Below, in pieces: positions 17,796 to 26,603 of a stretch of 64,000 nucleotides of DNA. Numbering within the stretch: position 1 is the first letter of the stretch; each line of letters opens with the position of its first letter. The notes below the pieces were generated by a model, which was not told where the DNA came from, ran no database searches, and worked only from the letters and a program-made list of their open reading frames with translations. Source of the DNA: Candidatus Eiseniibacteriota bacterium (GTDB taxonomy: Bacteria > Eisenbacteria > RBG-16-71-46 > JABDJR01); NCBI GenBank assembly GCA_963762255.1, contig CAVXKA010000003.1, positions 640,001 to 704,000 on the forward strand, read 5' to 3'. Made by a program: the position numbers and the translations under genes.

Positions 17796-20700
17796 GGCTT
17801 CACCCTTTCCAGTCGCACCGTGACCGCCTCCCCCTCCACGTCCCATGCGTCACCCGGGCCGCCCGGAGGGCCGATTTCGAACGATTCGGCGAGCAGCTCG
17901 GCCTGCGCGTACGCGCGATGCTCCTCCACCGCTTCGGCCAGTACCCCACCCACGCCGAGCCGCACCGACACACGGTCGGTGATCTCGAGCCCCTGCTCCT
18001 TGCGCAGGCTCTGCAGGCGGTGCACCAGTTCCCGCACCTTGCCCTCGCGTTCGAGCGCCGGCGTGAGCCGCGTGTCGAGCGCGACCCGAAGCCCCGCGTC
18101 CTCCGCGAGCGCGAAGCCCTCCAGGGCGAACTCCTCGATCTCGACCTCGGTGGCCAGGATCTCGACCTCGCCGTGCCCCTCGACGGTCACCCGCCAGGTT
18201 CCGTCAGGCTGCCCCGCGCGCACCGCGTTCGAGTCCACCGCCTTGATCGCCGTCGCCGCCTTGTTGACGTCGCCGCCGAAGCGGGGGCCGAGCGCTTTGA
18301 AGATCGGCTTCAAGCGCGCACCGAGGATCGCCGCGGGCGGGACGAAGTCTACTTGCTTGACGTTGATCTCGTCGCGGATGACTTCAAGGAGGGCCTCTTC
18401 CAGGGCCGCCGCGGGGGCGCCTGCGGGAGCGCCGGCGGGGGCGGGGCCGCCGGGGTCGCCGGCTACCAGGATCCGCGAGAGGGGCTGGCGCACCTTGAGT
18501 CCGGCCTGGGTGCGCGCCGCGCGCGCCAGCTCGGTGATCGCCAGCGCCCGGGCCATCGCCTCTTCCAGGGCGGGGCTGCGGCGCTCCTCACCGGGGGCCG
18601 GATACGCAGCGAGGTGCACGCTGACGGGCGCAGCGGGGTCATAGGGGACGACCAGCGCGCGGTGGAGCGTCTCCGCCAGGAACGGCGCGAAGGGGGCCAT
18701 GAGCTTGGCGACCGTGGCCAGGGCTTCGTGGAGCGTCGCGTAGGCCGCATCCTTGTCGGGCCCGCGCTCCCCTTTCCAGAACCGGCGGCGATTGCGCCGC
18801 ACGTACCAGTTGCTGAGTTCGTCCTGCACGAACGAGGAGAGGGTGCGCCCGGCGCGGGTCATCTGGTAATTGCGCAGGTCGTCGCGCATGGATGCCGAGA
18901 CCGCGTCGAGCCGCGAGAGGAGCCAGCGGTCGATGAGCGGGCGCTCGGCGAGCGGGGGCGCGGCGCCGGGCGTCCAGCCGTCCACGTTGGCGTAGCTGGC
19001 GAAGAACGCGGCCACGTTGCGCAGGGTGCCGAAGAACTTGCGCGCGACCTCGGTGACCCCTTCGCGCGAGAAGCGCGTGGTGACCCAGGGGGGCGAGTTG
19101 GTGACGAGGTACCAGCGGAGCGCGTCGGCGCCTTCCTCCCCCAGGACTTCCCAGGGGTCGGCGGCGTTGCCGAGACGCTTGGACATCTTGCGGCCGATCT
19201 CGTCGAGGATGAGCTCGTTGGCGACCACGGTCCTGTAGGGCGCCTGGCCCTTCACCAGCGTGCCGATGACCAGGAGCGAGTAGAACCAGCCGCGGCTCTG
19301 ATCGATCCCCTCGCAGATGAAATCCGCGGGGTACATGCTCTCGAAAACGTCCTTGTTCTCGAACGGGTAGTGCCACTGCGCGAAGGGCATGCTGCCCGAG
19401 TCGAACCAGACGTCCACGACTTCGCTCACGCGGTGCATCGGCCCCTTGCAGGACTCGCAGACGAGCACGACCTGGTCCGCGTTGGGGCGGTGGAGATCCT
19501 CGGGGATCGTGCCGCCGCGCGCGGCGATGTCGTCGCGGCCGCCGATGCAGACGACCTTGCCGCAGTCGGGATCGTCGCACCGCCAGAGGGGCATGGGGGT
19601 GCCCCAGTAGCGGTCGCGCGAGATGGCCCAGTCCACGTTGTTCTCGAGCCAGTTCCCGAAGCGGTTCTTCCCCACCTGGGGCGGGAGCCAGCGCACGCGC
19701 TCGTTCTCGGCGAGCATCTTCTCCTTGAGCGCGGTGGTGCGCAGGTACCAGGAGTCGCGCGCGTAGTAGAGGAGCGCGGTGTCGCAGCGCCAGCAGAAGG
19801 GGTAGCTGTGCTCGTGGTTGTCGGTGCGGTAGAGCTGCCCGCTCTCGCGCAGGAACTCGACGATCTTGGGATCGATCTCCCTCACCCGCTCGCCGGCGAA
19901 AAGAGGCACTTGATCGGTGAAGTGGCCGGTCTCGTCCACGGTGTGGAACTTGGGAAGGTCGATCTCCTGGCCGAGCGTGTAGTCGTCGGCGCCGTACATG
20001 ACCGCCGTGTGCACCACCCCGGTGCCGTCCTCGGTGGTGACGAACGCGGCGGGCGCGACGAAGTAAGCCTTCTTGCCGGTGAGCGCACCGATGTCGAGCC
20101 CGTGCTTGGCGCGCGCGGCGATCAAGGGGACTTTCGAGCTGAAGAGCGGGCGGTAGCGGCGGCCGACGAGATCGGCGCCGGGGAATTCACCGAGGACTTC
20201 GTAGTCGCCGCGCAGCACCTCGACGCGGTCTTCCGCCAGGTAGTAGACCTCTTTCCCCTGGCGCACCTTCAGGTAGGTGATGCTCTTGCCCACCGCGAGC
20301 GCGACGTTGCCGGGAAGCGTCCACGGGGTCGTCGTCCAGGCCAGGATGAAGGCGCCGGGCTCGTCCTCGAGCGCGAACTTCACCGTGACCGAGGGGTCCT
20401 TGACGGTCTTGTAGCCCTGCGAGACCTCGTGATCGGAAAGCGAGGTCTGGCAGCGCGGGCAGTAGGGCAGGACCTTGAAGCCGGCGTAGAAGAGCCCCTC
20501 GTCCCAGAACCGCTTCAGAATCCACCACACCGTCTCGATGTAGTCGTTCTCCAGCGTGACGTAGGGATGCTCGAGGTCGAGCCAGAAGCCGATGCGCTCG
20601 GTGATCCGATCCCACTCGTCCTTGTACTTGAACACGCTCTTGCGGCAGCGGGCGTTGAACTCCGCGAGGCCGAACGCTTCGATCTGCTCCTTGCCCTCGA

Positions 20701-21037
20701 TGCCGAGTTCCTTCTCGACCTCGATTTCGACGGGCAGCCCGTGCGTGTCCCAGCCGCCCTTGCGGCGGACCTTGTACCCCTCCATCGTCCAGAAGCGGCA
20801 GACCAGATCCTTCACCGTGCGCGCGAGAACGTGGTGTACGCCGGGGCGGCCGTTGGCGGTGGGAGGACCCTCGTAGAAGACGAAGTGGCGCTCGTCGGAG
20901 CGCTCGTCCACCGAGCGCTTGAAGATGTGCTCCGCGCGCCAGAACTCGAGGACGCGCTCTTCCGCGGCGGCCTGCCGGACGCCGGTGTCGAGCACGGGAA
21001 ATGCGGGAAGGTTGCGGGGTCCGGTGCTGCTCTCCAT
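17792..21037 (-). CDS. ileS: Isoleucine--tRNA ligase, type 2 (GxHH signature)
   Basis: FYEGPPTANGRPGVHH, GWDTHGLPVE, WTTTPWTLPGN, DWAISRDRYWGTP, EGIDQSRGWFYSL, KMSKR; ATG at 21037. Confidence 0.96.
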   Translation of the reverse strand: MESSTGPRNLPAFPVLDTGVRQAAAEERVLEFWRAEHIFKRSVDERSDERHFVFYEGPPTANGRPGVHHVLARTVKDLVCRFWTMEGYKVRRKGGWDTHGLPVEIEVEKELGIEGKEQIEAFGLAEFNARCRKSVFKYKDEWDRITERIGFWLDLEHPYVTLENDYIETVWWILKRFWDEGLFYAGFKVLPYCPRCQTSLSDHEVSQGYKTVKDPSVTVKFALEDEPGAFILAWTTTPWTLPGNVALAVGKSITYLKVRQGKEVYYLAEDRVEVLRGDYEVLGEFPGADLVGRRYRPLFSSKVPLIAARAKHGLDIGALTGKKAYFVAPAAFVTTEDGTGVVHTAVMYGADDYTLGQEIDLPKFHTVDETGHFTDQVPLFAGERVREIDPKIVEFLRESGQLYRTDNHEHSYPFCWRCDTALLYYARDSWYLRTTALKEKMLAENERVRWLPPQVGKNRFGNWLENNVDWAISRDRYWGTPMPLWRCDDPDCGKVVCIGGRDDIAARGGTIPEDLHRPNADQVVLVCESCKGPMHRVSEVVDVWFDSGSMPFAQWHYPFENKDVFESMYPADFICEGIDQSRGWFYSLLVIGTLVKGQAPYRTVVANELILDEIGRKMSKRLGNAADPWEVLGEEGADALRWYLVTNSPPWVTTRFSREGVTEVARKFFGTLRNVAAFFASYANVDGWTPGAAPPLAERPLIDRWLLSRLDAVSASMRDDLRNYQMTRAGRTLSSFVQDELSNWYVRRNRRRFWKGERGPDKDAAYATLHEALATVAKLMAPFAPFLAETLHRALVVPYDPAAPVSVHLAAYPAPGEERRSPALEEAMARALAITELARAARTQAGLKVRQPLSRILVAGDPGGPAPAGAPAGAPAAALEEALLEVIRDEINVKQVDFVPPAAILGARLKPIFKALGPRFGGDVNKAATAIKAVDSNAVRAGQPDGTWRVTVEGHGEVEILATEVEIEEFALEGFALAEDAGLRVALDTRLTPALEREGKVRELVHRLQSLRKEQGLEITDRVSVRLGVGGVLAEAVEEHRAYAQAELLAESFEIGPPGGPGDAWDVEGEAVTVRLERVKP

Positions 21038-21041
21038 GGCG

Positions 21042-21870
21042 CTACAGCCGCTCCAGGATCCGTGATCACGAGCTTCTTGAGCGCGGGCTCCGCCGAGGCC
21101 GCGGTGGCCAGGATGCGCGCGATGTTCACCGGCTCGAGCGCGTCGGGGAAGCAGGCGTCGGTGACCACCGAGAACGCGAGCACCTTCATGCCGCCGTGCA
21201 CGGCCACGATCGTCTCGGGGACGAGGCTCATGCCGACCACGTCGGCGCCGATCGCGCGCAGAAAGCGGTACTCGGCGCGCGTCTCCAGGTTGGGGCCGGC
21301 CACCGCCACGAACACGCCCAACTTGAGCGGGATGCGCTCTTCGAGCGCGATCTCCTCGGCGAGTTCCACCAGCTTCTTCGCGTAGGGCTCGCTCATGTCG
21401 GGGAAACGCGGGCCCAGGTCGGGTTCGTTGACGCCGATGAGCGGGTTGTCGCCCATCAGGTTGATGTGGTCGGTGACGGCCACGATGTCGCCGGGCGAGA
21501 AGTGCGGGTTCATGCCGCCGACCGCGTTGGTGACGATCAGGTCCTCGGCGCCGAGCGCGCGCATGACGCGCACCGGGAAGGTGACCTCCTTCATCGAATA
21601 GCCTTCGTAGAAGTGGACGCGGCCTTCCATGGCCACCACCGGCGTCTTCTTGATGCGGCCGAGGAGGAGGTTGCCGGCGTGGCTCTCCGCGGTGGAGACG
21701 GAGAAGCCGGGGATTTCCTCGAAGGGGATGCGCACCGCGCCCTCGACCATGTCGGACGCGTTGCCGAGGCCGGTGCCCAGGATGAGGCCCACCCGGGGTT
21801 TGAGGTCCGAGCGCGCGCGGATGAACTCCGCCGCCGTGCGGATTTGGGTCATCATGGACGACTCGGTCAC
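21042..21870 (-). CDS. punA: Purine-nucleoside phosphorylase (trimeric PNP-I type), with apparent 1-nt insertion near the 3' end
   Basis: LILGTGLG, GRVHFYEGY, TNAVGGMN, DHINL, GPNLETRAE, GADVVGMS.VPE; removing one base near 21063 gives ...LVIRILERL* ending 4 nt before ileS. Confidence 0.9.
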
Positions 21871-22616
21871 CGTGTTCCTCCGCTCGCATCCCGGGCCCCG
21901 AAGAGCGCGGTGCCGACCCGCACCATCGTGGCCCCTTCCTGTATGCCGATTTCCAGATCGCCGCTCATCCCCATGGAGAGGATCGGGAGCGCGCGGCCGA
22001 GCCGGTCGGCCAGCTCCTCGCGCAGCTCGCGCAAGCGACGGAACGCCGGGCGGGCGGCTTCGGGATCGTCGGCCAGCGGGCCGACGGTCATGAGCCCCTG
22101 CGGATCGACGCCCTCGATCGACCTGAGCCGCGCCGCGACGTCCGCGACCTCGGCGGGATCGAAGCCCTCCTTGCTTGCCTCCCCCGAGCAGTTGAACTCG
22201 AGAAGGATGGGGAGCGCGATCCCATCGCCCGCGGTCTCACGGGCGATCTCGTCCAGCAATCGAATCGAATCCACGCTGTCCACGGCGCCGAAGAGCGCGA
22301 GCGCCTGACGCACCTTGTTGCGTTGCAGGTGTCCGATCAGCCGCCAGAAGGGCGGCGGACCGTCCCAGAGCGCCGCAACGGCCGGAATCTTCTCCCGCGC
22401 CTCCTGCACCCGGTTCTCGCCGAAGACGACCTGACCCGCGCGCAGAAGCTCCGCCACCTGTTCGGCGGCGAACGTCTTGGAGACGGCGACGAGCGTGATC
22501 GTTTCGGGGTCACGCCCCGCCCGCTCCGCCGCTACCCGGATGCGCCGCTCAACCGCGGCCAAACGGTCCCGGACGACCTCGGGGGCGGGGACGCCCGAAC
22601 CCCCTACCGTAGTCAT
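21867..22616 (-). CDS. yggS: PLP homeostasis protein YggS
   Basis: LVAVSK, FGENRVQE, IGHLQRNK, GLMT, LSMGMSGD, GATMVRVGTALFGAR. Confidence 0.95.
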   Translation of the reverse strand: MTTVGGSGVPAPEVVRDRLAAVERRIRVAAERAGRDPETITLVAVSKTFAAEQVAELLRAGQVVFGENRVQEAREKIPAVAALWDGPPPFWRLIGHLQRNKVRQALALFGAVDSVDSIRLLDEIARETAGDGIALPILLEFNCSGEASKEGFDPAEVADVAARLRSIEGVDPQGLMTVGPLADDPEAARPAFRRLRELREELADRLGRALPILSMGMSGDLEIGIQEGATMVRVGTALFGARDASGGTR

Positions 22617-22709
22617 GGACGCGTAACTATACGGGTCGCGCCGGACCGGGGCAACGCGGGATTAGGCCGGGGTTTGGGACAGGCCGAGGCGCTGCGACGG
22701 GGTCAGATG

Positions 22710-23261
22710 CTAGGGACGTTGCAGGCCGGCCTCGACCTCGCGGCGCTTGGCATCGCCCGCGAGGAGGCGGACCAGCTCGAGCGCGAAGTCCATCGCGGTG
22801 CCGGGACCTCGCGAGGTCACGACCTTGCCGTCCACCACCACCGGCGTGTTCTCCACCCGCACGTCGGAGAGTTCCATCGTTTCGAGAAAGCCGGGGTAGC
22901 TGGTGGCGCGCTTGCCGGAGAGCACGCCGGCCTTGGCGAGCACGATGGGTGCCGCGCAGATGGCGGCGGTGTACTTGCCTGCGCGCGCCAGGTCCTGGAC
23001 GAGGCGGATGATGCGCGGGTCGTCCGAGAGGTTCGTGGAGCCCGGGAGACCGCCGGGGAGCACGACCATGTCGAAGCCCTGGGCGAGGGCGCGGTCGAGT
23101 GTGGTGTCGGGAACCAGCACGGTGCCGTGGGCCGCGGTGACCTTGCGATCGTCGAGTCCGGCGGTAACCACGTCGATGCCGGCGCGGCGGAGGATGTCGA
23201 TGATCGTGACCGCTTCGAGTTCTTCGCATCCTTGAGCGAGAGGGACGAGAACCTTGGACAT
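22710..23261 (-). CDS. DJ-1/YajL (ThiJ) family protein
   Basis: EELEAVTIIDILRRAG, LPGG.PG, AAICAAP, TSRGPGTA. Confidence 0.92.
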   Translation of the reverse strand: MSKVLVPLAQGCEELEAVTIIDILRRAGIDVVTAGLDDRKVTAAHGTVLVPDTTLDRALAQGFDMVVLPGGLPGSTNLSDDPRIIRLVQDLARAGKYTAAICAAPIVLAKAGVLSGKRATSYPGFLETMELSDVRVENTPVVVDGKVVTSRGPGTAMDFALELVRLLAGDAKRREVEAGLQRP

Positions 23262-23433
23262 GGAAACCTCCTTGCCGTCGCTGGGGGCTGCCTAGTGTAG
23301 CGCGGGGAAAGGGTGCGCGGGGAGGGTGCGGGGGCGCGCGTGTGGGGCTATGATCCGGGGAATTCGTTCGGCCGCCGGGACGGCGGGACCTTTGATCGCA
23401 TCGGTTGGCATTATCCGCAGAGGAGTCATTACC

Positions 23434-24207
23434 ATGGAAGATCGTGATCGCGCGCAGGTCGATGGGTCGGAGACGTCGGGCCTCACCCGGCGGGAGTTGT
23501 TGGGGACGCTCGGCGCGGCGGCGTCGGCCGGGCTTGTAGGATCTCTTCTCTCGCCGCTCGGAGCGAGCGCCCAGACCGGGCCGGCCGGGTCTGGAGGTGC
23601 GGCTGGGCCCGTTGCCTACACGCTGCCGCCTCTCCCCTACGCCGTCAACGCGCTCGACTCGTTTCTCTCGGCGGAGATCCTCACGCTCCATCATGACAAG
23701 CATCACGCCGGGTACGTGGCCGGATTGAACCAGGCGCTCGACGCGCTTGCGGCGGCGCGCACGGCGGGCAAGCTCGACGACGTGAAGTCGCTCACCCGAG
23801 CGGTGGCGTTTCACGGCAGCGGCCACATCCTGCACACGCTCTACTGGAACTCGATGAGCCCCAATGGAGGCGGCGCGCCCACGGGCGCTCTCAAGGAGAT
23901 GATGGAGGCGTCGTTCGGCACCGTGGACATGTTCCGCGCGCACTTCGCGGCGGCAACGAAGCAGGCCGAGGCGAGCGGATGGGGCATCCTCGCGTATGAA
24001 CCGTTCGGCAACCGGCTCCTGGTCCTGGCCGCGGAGAGCCACCAGCAGATGGCGATGCAGGGCGCGGTGCCGCTCCTGGTGTGCGACGTGTGGGAGCACG
24101 CGTACTACTTGCGATACCAGAACCGTCGGCCGGAGTACGTGGACAAGTTCTCCGACGTGATCAACTGGGAGTTCGCGGCGGATCGGCTGAAGGCGGCGCG
24201 GGGGTAG
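23434..24207 (+). CDS. Fe/Mn superoxide dismutase with Tat signal peptide
   Basis: LTRRELL twin-Arg signal; LPPLPY, HHDKHH, HILH, DVWEHAYY. Confidence 0.92.
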   Translation: MEDRDRAQVDGSETSGLTRRELLGTLGAAASAGLVGSLLSPLGASAQTGPAGSGGAAGPVAYTLPPLPYAVNALDSFLSAEILTLHHDKHHAGYVAGLNQALDALAAARTAGKLDDVKSLTRAVAFHGSGHILHTLYWNSMSPNGGGAPTGALKEMMEASFGTVDMFRAHFAAATKQAEASGWGILAYEPFGNRLLVLAAESHQQMAMQGAVPLLVCDVWEHAYYLRYQNRRPEYVDKFSDVINWEFAADRLKAARG

Positions 24208-24242
24208 AGGCGTAGCGGGGGTAGAGGCGTAGCGGGTCGCGA

Positions 24243-26603
24243 TCAGCGCCGCGAATAGTGTTGCAGCGCGATCGCCATCCGGCTGCCGCCGTGGCCCCCT
24301 TCGCACGCCATCTCGTACACGGCGATGATTCCGGCGAAGCAGGCACCATACTCCGCGTCGACGCCGGGCGCGGCGAAGTCGAACGCCACCGTTTGCGTGC
24401 CCGGGCCGGTGAAGGAGATGGACTCGGTTTGCGCCGCCGCGTCGAGGAACGACGCGCGCACCGCGACGCATGCGTCCTGGGCGAAGGTGCTCGCGGGCCG
24501 GAAGTCGATACGCGCTTCGATTCGATAGGTCCGGCCGGGAATCACGGTGTCCGGGAAGGCGCCGGCCACCGGCACGATCTCGAGGGTGCCCCCCAGATCC
24601 TCGCAGGCAGGCCCGTAGGCCCCGGCCTGCCGTGAAGGGGGTCCATCGAGAACGAGGAACCGCGCGGGCGCGCCGGGCGTGGTTCGGACGGGCGCGGCGG
24701 GAGGGGTGTCCGCGGCTTGGGCCGGCGGCTTCGCCGTTGGTTTCGCGGTCTCCTTGCCCGGCGACTTCGCCTGCGGCTTCGCCGCCGCCTTGGAGCCCGC
24801 GGTCCGCCTGGGCATCTCCTCGAGCTCCGCTTCCGCGCTCGGCCCGCCCCCGCCCTCGTCCTCGACCTCCCACACCTGCGTGATCGTCCCCCCTTCGCGC
24901 GCGTCGAGTTGCAGGCGGATGCCGCTGCGCTCCGCCCCCCGCGAAGTGATCTTGACCTGAGACGCGGCGTCGCCTTTCTGCGCGCGAATCTCGATCGGCA
25001 CGCCCTCCGCCACATCCAGCACCATCCGAAACGCGCCGTTGGATCCGGTGTACATGCGCGACGAGGTGCCGCGCGCGGGAGCGGCGATCACCACCGCGTT
25101 CTGCACCGGCTTCCCCGAGCCCTGGCTCGTGACCATGCCCGACACCACGAAGAGCCCGGGGATTCGGCTGAGCTTGAAGTTGTAGGGCACCAGCACGGGC
25201 GACGGCGGCGGGCCGGCGTGCGTGATGGTCTGAAACCCCTCGCGGGATACCGTGACGCGGAGCGGAGCATTGGCGTGGCGCGGGAAGACCGCTTTGAACG
25301 CGCCCACAGTGTCCGATTGCGCGACCGTAGCCCGCTCGTCGGCTTCGAACTCGATCCGCGCGCCGATGACCGGCGCCCCGGTGAGCGCGTCGGTCACCCG
25401 CCCGGACGCGAAGCCGTCCCGTTCGTCGGCGCGGAGCAGTTCGGTCACCTGCGCGGTGAAGGGCGCTTCCAGGAGATAGCGCGCGGTGAACGTCTCCGCG
25501 TCGAGGCGCAGGATCTCGCGTGCCGACTGGACCAGGCCGAGGCCGATGAGGATGCGCGCGTCGGGCCCGTCCTCGCCGTGCCACCCCTCGAACCGCGCGT
25601 GCAGCGCGCGCGCGCGTTCGACGGAGGAGGGGTCGAGCGCGGCCGAGCGCAGCGCGAGCCACGCGGGAGTGAGCGGAGGCGGGTTCTTGAGCTTGGGATA
25701 CCAGCGATAGACGAACTCCGCGCGCGCGCGATCGGCGAACCGTCCCACGCGCTCGTCGGGATCGTAGAAGAAGAGATAGGTGTCGCCGTCCCACACCGGC
25801 GTCCGCAGCCTCGGGAAGGCGGCGGTCAGCAGGAACTCGCCGCACGGCGCGCGCTTCGAGGTCGGCGCCTTGGCCTCGGCAAAGGCTCGCTGCGCGTCGC
25901 GCCATCGGTCCGGCCCCGCGCACAGAGGCTCGCTCGGAAACTCCCGCACCGTGCTGTCGAGGACGGCCACGGCGCCGGCGAGCATCGTCGCGGCCTCGGG
26001 CAGGGTCTGCGTCCAGAGGAAGATCGCCGGGCTCGACGGGAAGCTCGGCGCCTGCACGCTCAGGGCCCTGGCGGCCTGGGAGAGCGCCCCCGAGAGCCCG
26101 TTCCAGGCTTGGGCCGCGTCCCGACCCGGAATGCCGGGCGTCTCCTGCTGCGCGAACTCCGTCGCGTTCGCGGTGACCGCGACCCGCGCGCTCATGCGAT
26201 CGAGATCCGCTGTCGCGCGCTTCATCGCGGCGGCGAACCCTCCACTTTCCAGCCGTTTCATCGCGCCGTCGAAAGCCGGGAGCTGGTCGGAGGTCTCCTT
26301 GTCCATCCACCCGAAGCGCCCTTGCGCTTCGCGCGCGCGGCCCCGCGCGTCGGCGATGGCGGCGAGCGATCGATACGACGCGTATTCTTCAGAGAACGCG
26401 TGAAACTTCACTTGTACCAGAGCAAGCGTCTCGCGGAAGTCGGCCCAGGCCTCCGCCTGGTTCTCCATCGCCAGCGTGAACGCGCGCGTGTCCGCGTCGG
26501 CGGAGGCGGCAACGGGAATGCCGGAAGCGGGACGGCCGGCGGCGGGCGAAACCCACAGCGTCAGCACCAGGATCAGCGCAACCGATGTGCGGAGGCCGAT
26601 CAC
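24243..26603 (-). CDS. Secreted multidomain hypothetical protein with two carboxypeptidase-regulatory-like (CarboxypepD_reg) domains
   Basis: Signal peptide; helical N-terminal region; SGRVTDALTGAPVIGA and SGMVTSQGSGKPVQNAVV repeats; K/A/P-rich linker. Confidence 0.65.
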   Translation of the reverse strand: MIGLRTSVALILVLTLWVSPAAGRPASGIPVAASADADTRAFTLAMENQAEAWADFRETLALVQVKFHAFSEEYASYRSLAAIADARGRAREAQGRFGWMDKETSDQLPAFDGAMKRLESGGFAAAMKRATADLDRMSARVAVTANATEFAQQETPGIPGRDAAQAWNGLSGALSQAARALSVQAPSFPSSPAIFLWTQTLPEAATMLAGAVAVLDSTVREFPSEPLCAGPDRWRDAQRAFAEAKAPTSKRAPCGEFLLTAAFPRLRTPVWDGDTYLFFYDPDERVGRFADRARAEFVYRWYPKLKNPPPLTPAWLALRSAALDPSSVERARALHARFEGWHGEDGPDARILIGLGLVQSAREILRLDAETFTARYLLEAPFTAQVTELLRADERDGFASGRVTDALTGAPVIGARIEFEADERATVAQSDTVGAFKAVFPRHANAPLRVTVSREGFQTITHAGPPPSPVLVPYNFKLSRIPGLFVVSGMVTSQGSGKPVQNAVVIAAPARGTSSRMYTGSNGAFRMVLDVAEGVPIEIRAQKGDAASQVKITSRGAERSGIRLQLDAREGGTITQVWEVEDEGGGGPSAEAELEEMPRRTAGSKAAAKPQAKSPGKETAKPTAKPPAQAADTPPAAPVRTTPGAPARFLVLDGPPSRQAGAYGPACEDLGGTLEIVPVAGAFPDTVIPGRTYRIEARIDFRPASTFAQDACVAVRASFLDAAAQTESISFTGPGTQTVAFDFAAPGVDAEYGACFAGIIAVYEMACEGGHGGSRMAIALQHYSRR

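Noticed and set aside
17792-21889. 1365-aa IleRS with a long N-terminal extension
   Set aside because: The extension is an Arg-rich off-frame reading of the PNP gene; IleRS homology begins after ATG 21037.
24198-24236. 17-bp tandem duplication GCGGGGGTAGAGGCGTA spanning the SOD stop codon
   Set aside because: The repeat is real, but about 2.3 copies between convergent genes is most simply slippage, with no sign of function.
22627-26310. Very long alternative ORFs (1227 aa here; also 17918..21385, 27284..30475, 7987..10341 and others)
   Set aside because: These are Arg/Gly/Pro-rich shadow or antisense frames of recognisable genes, expected at high GC.
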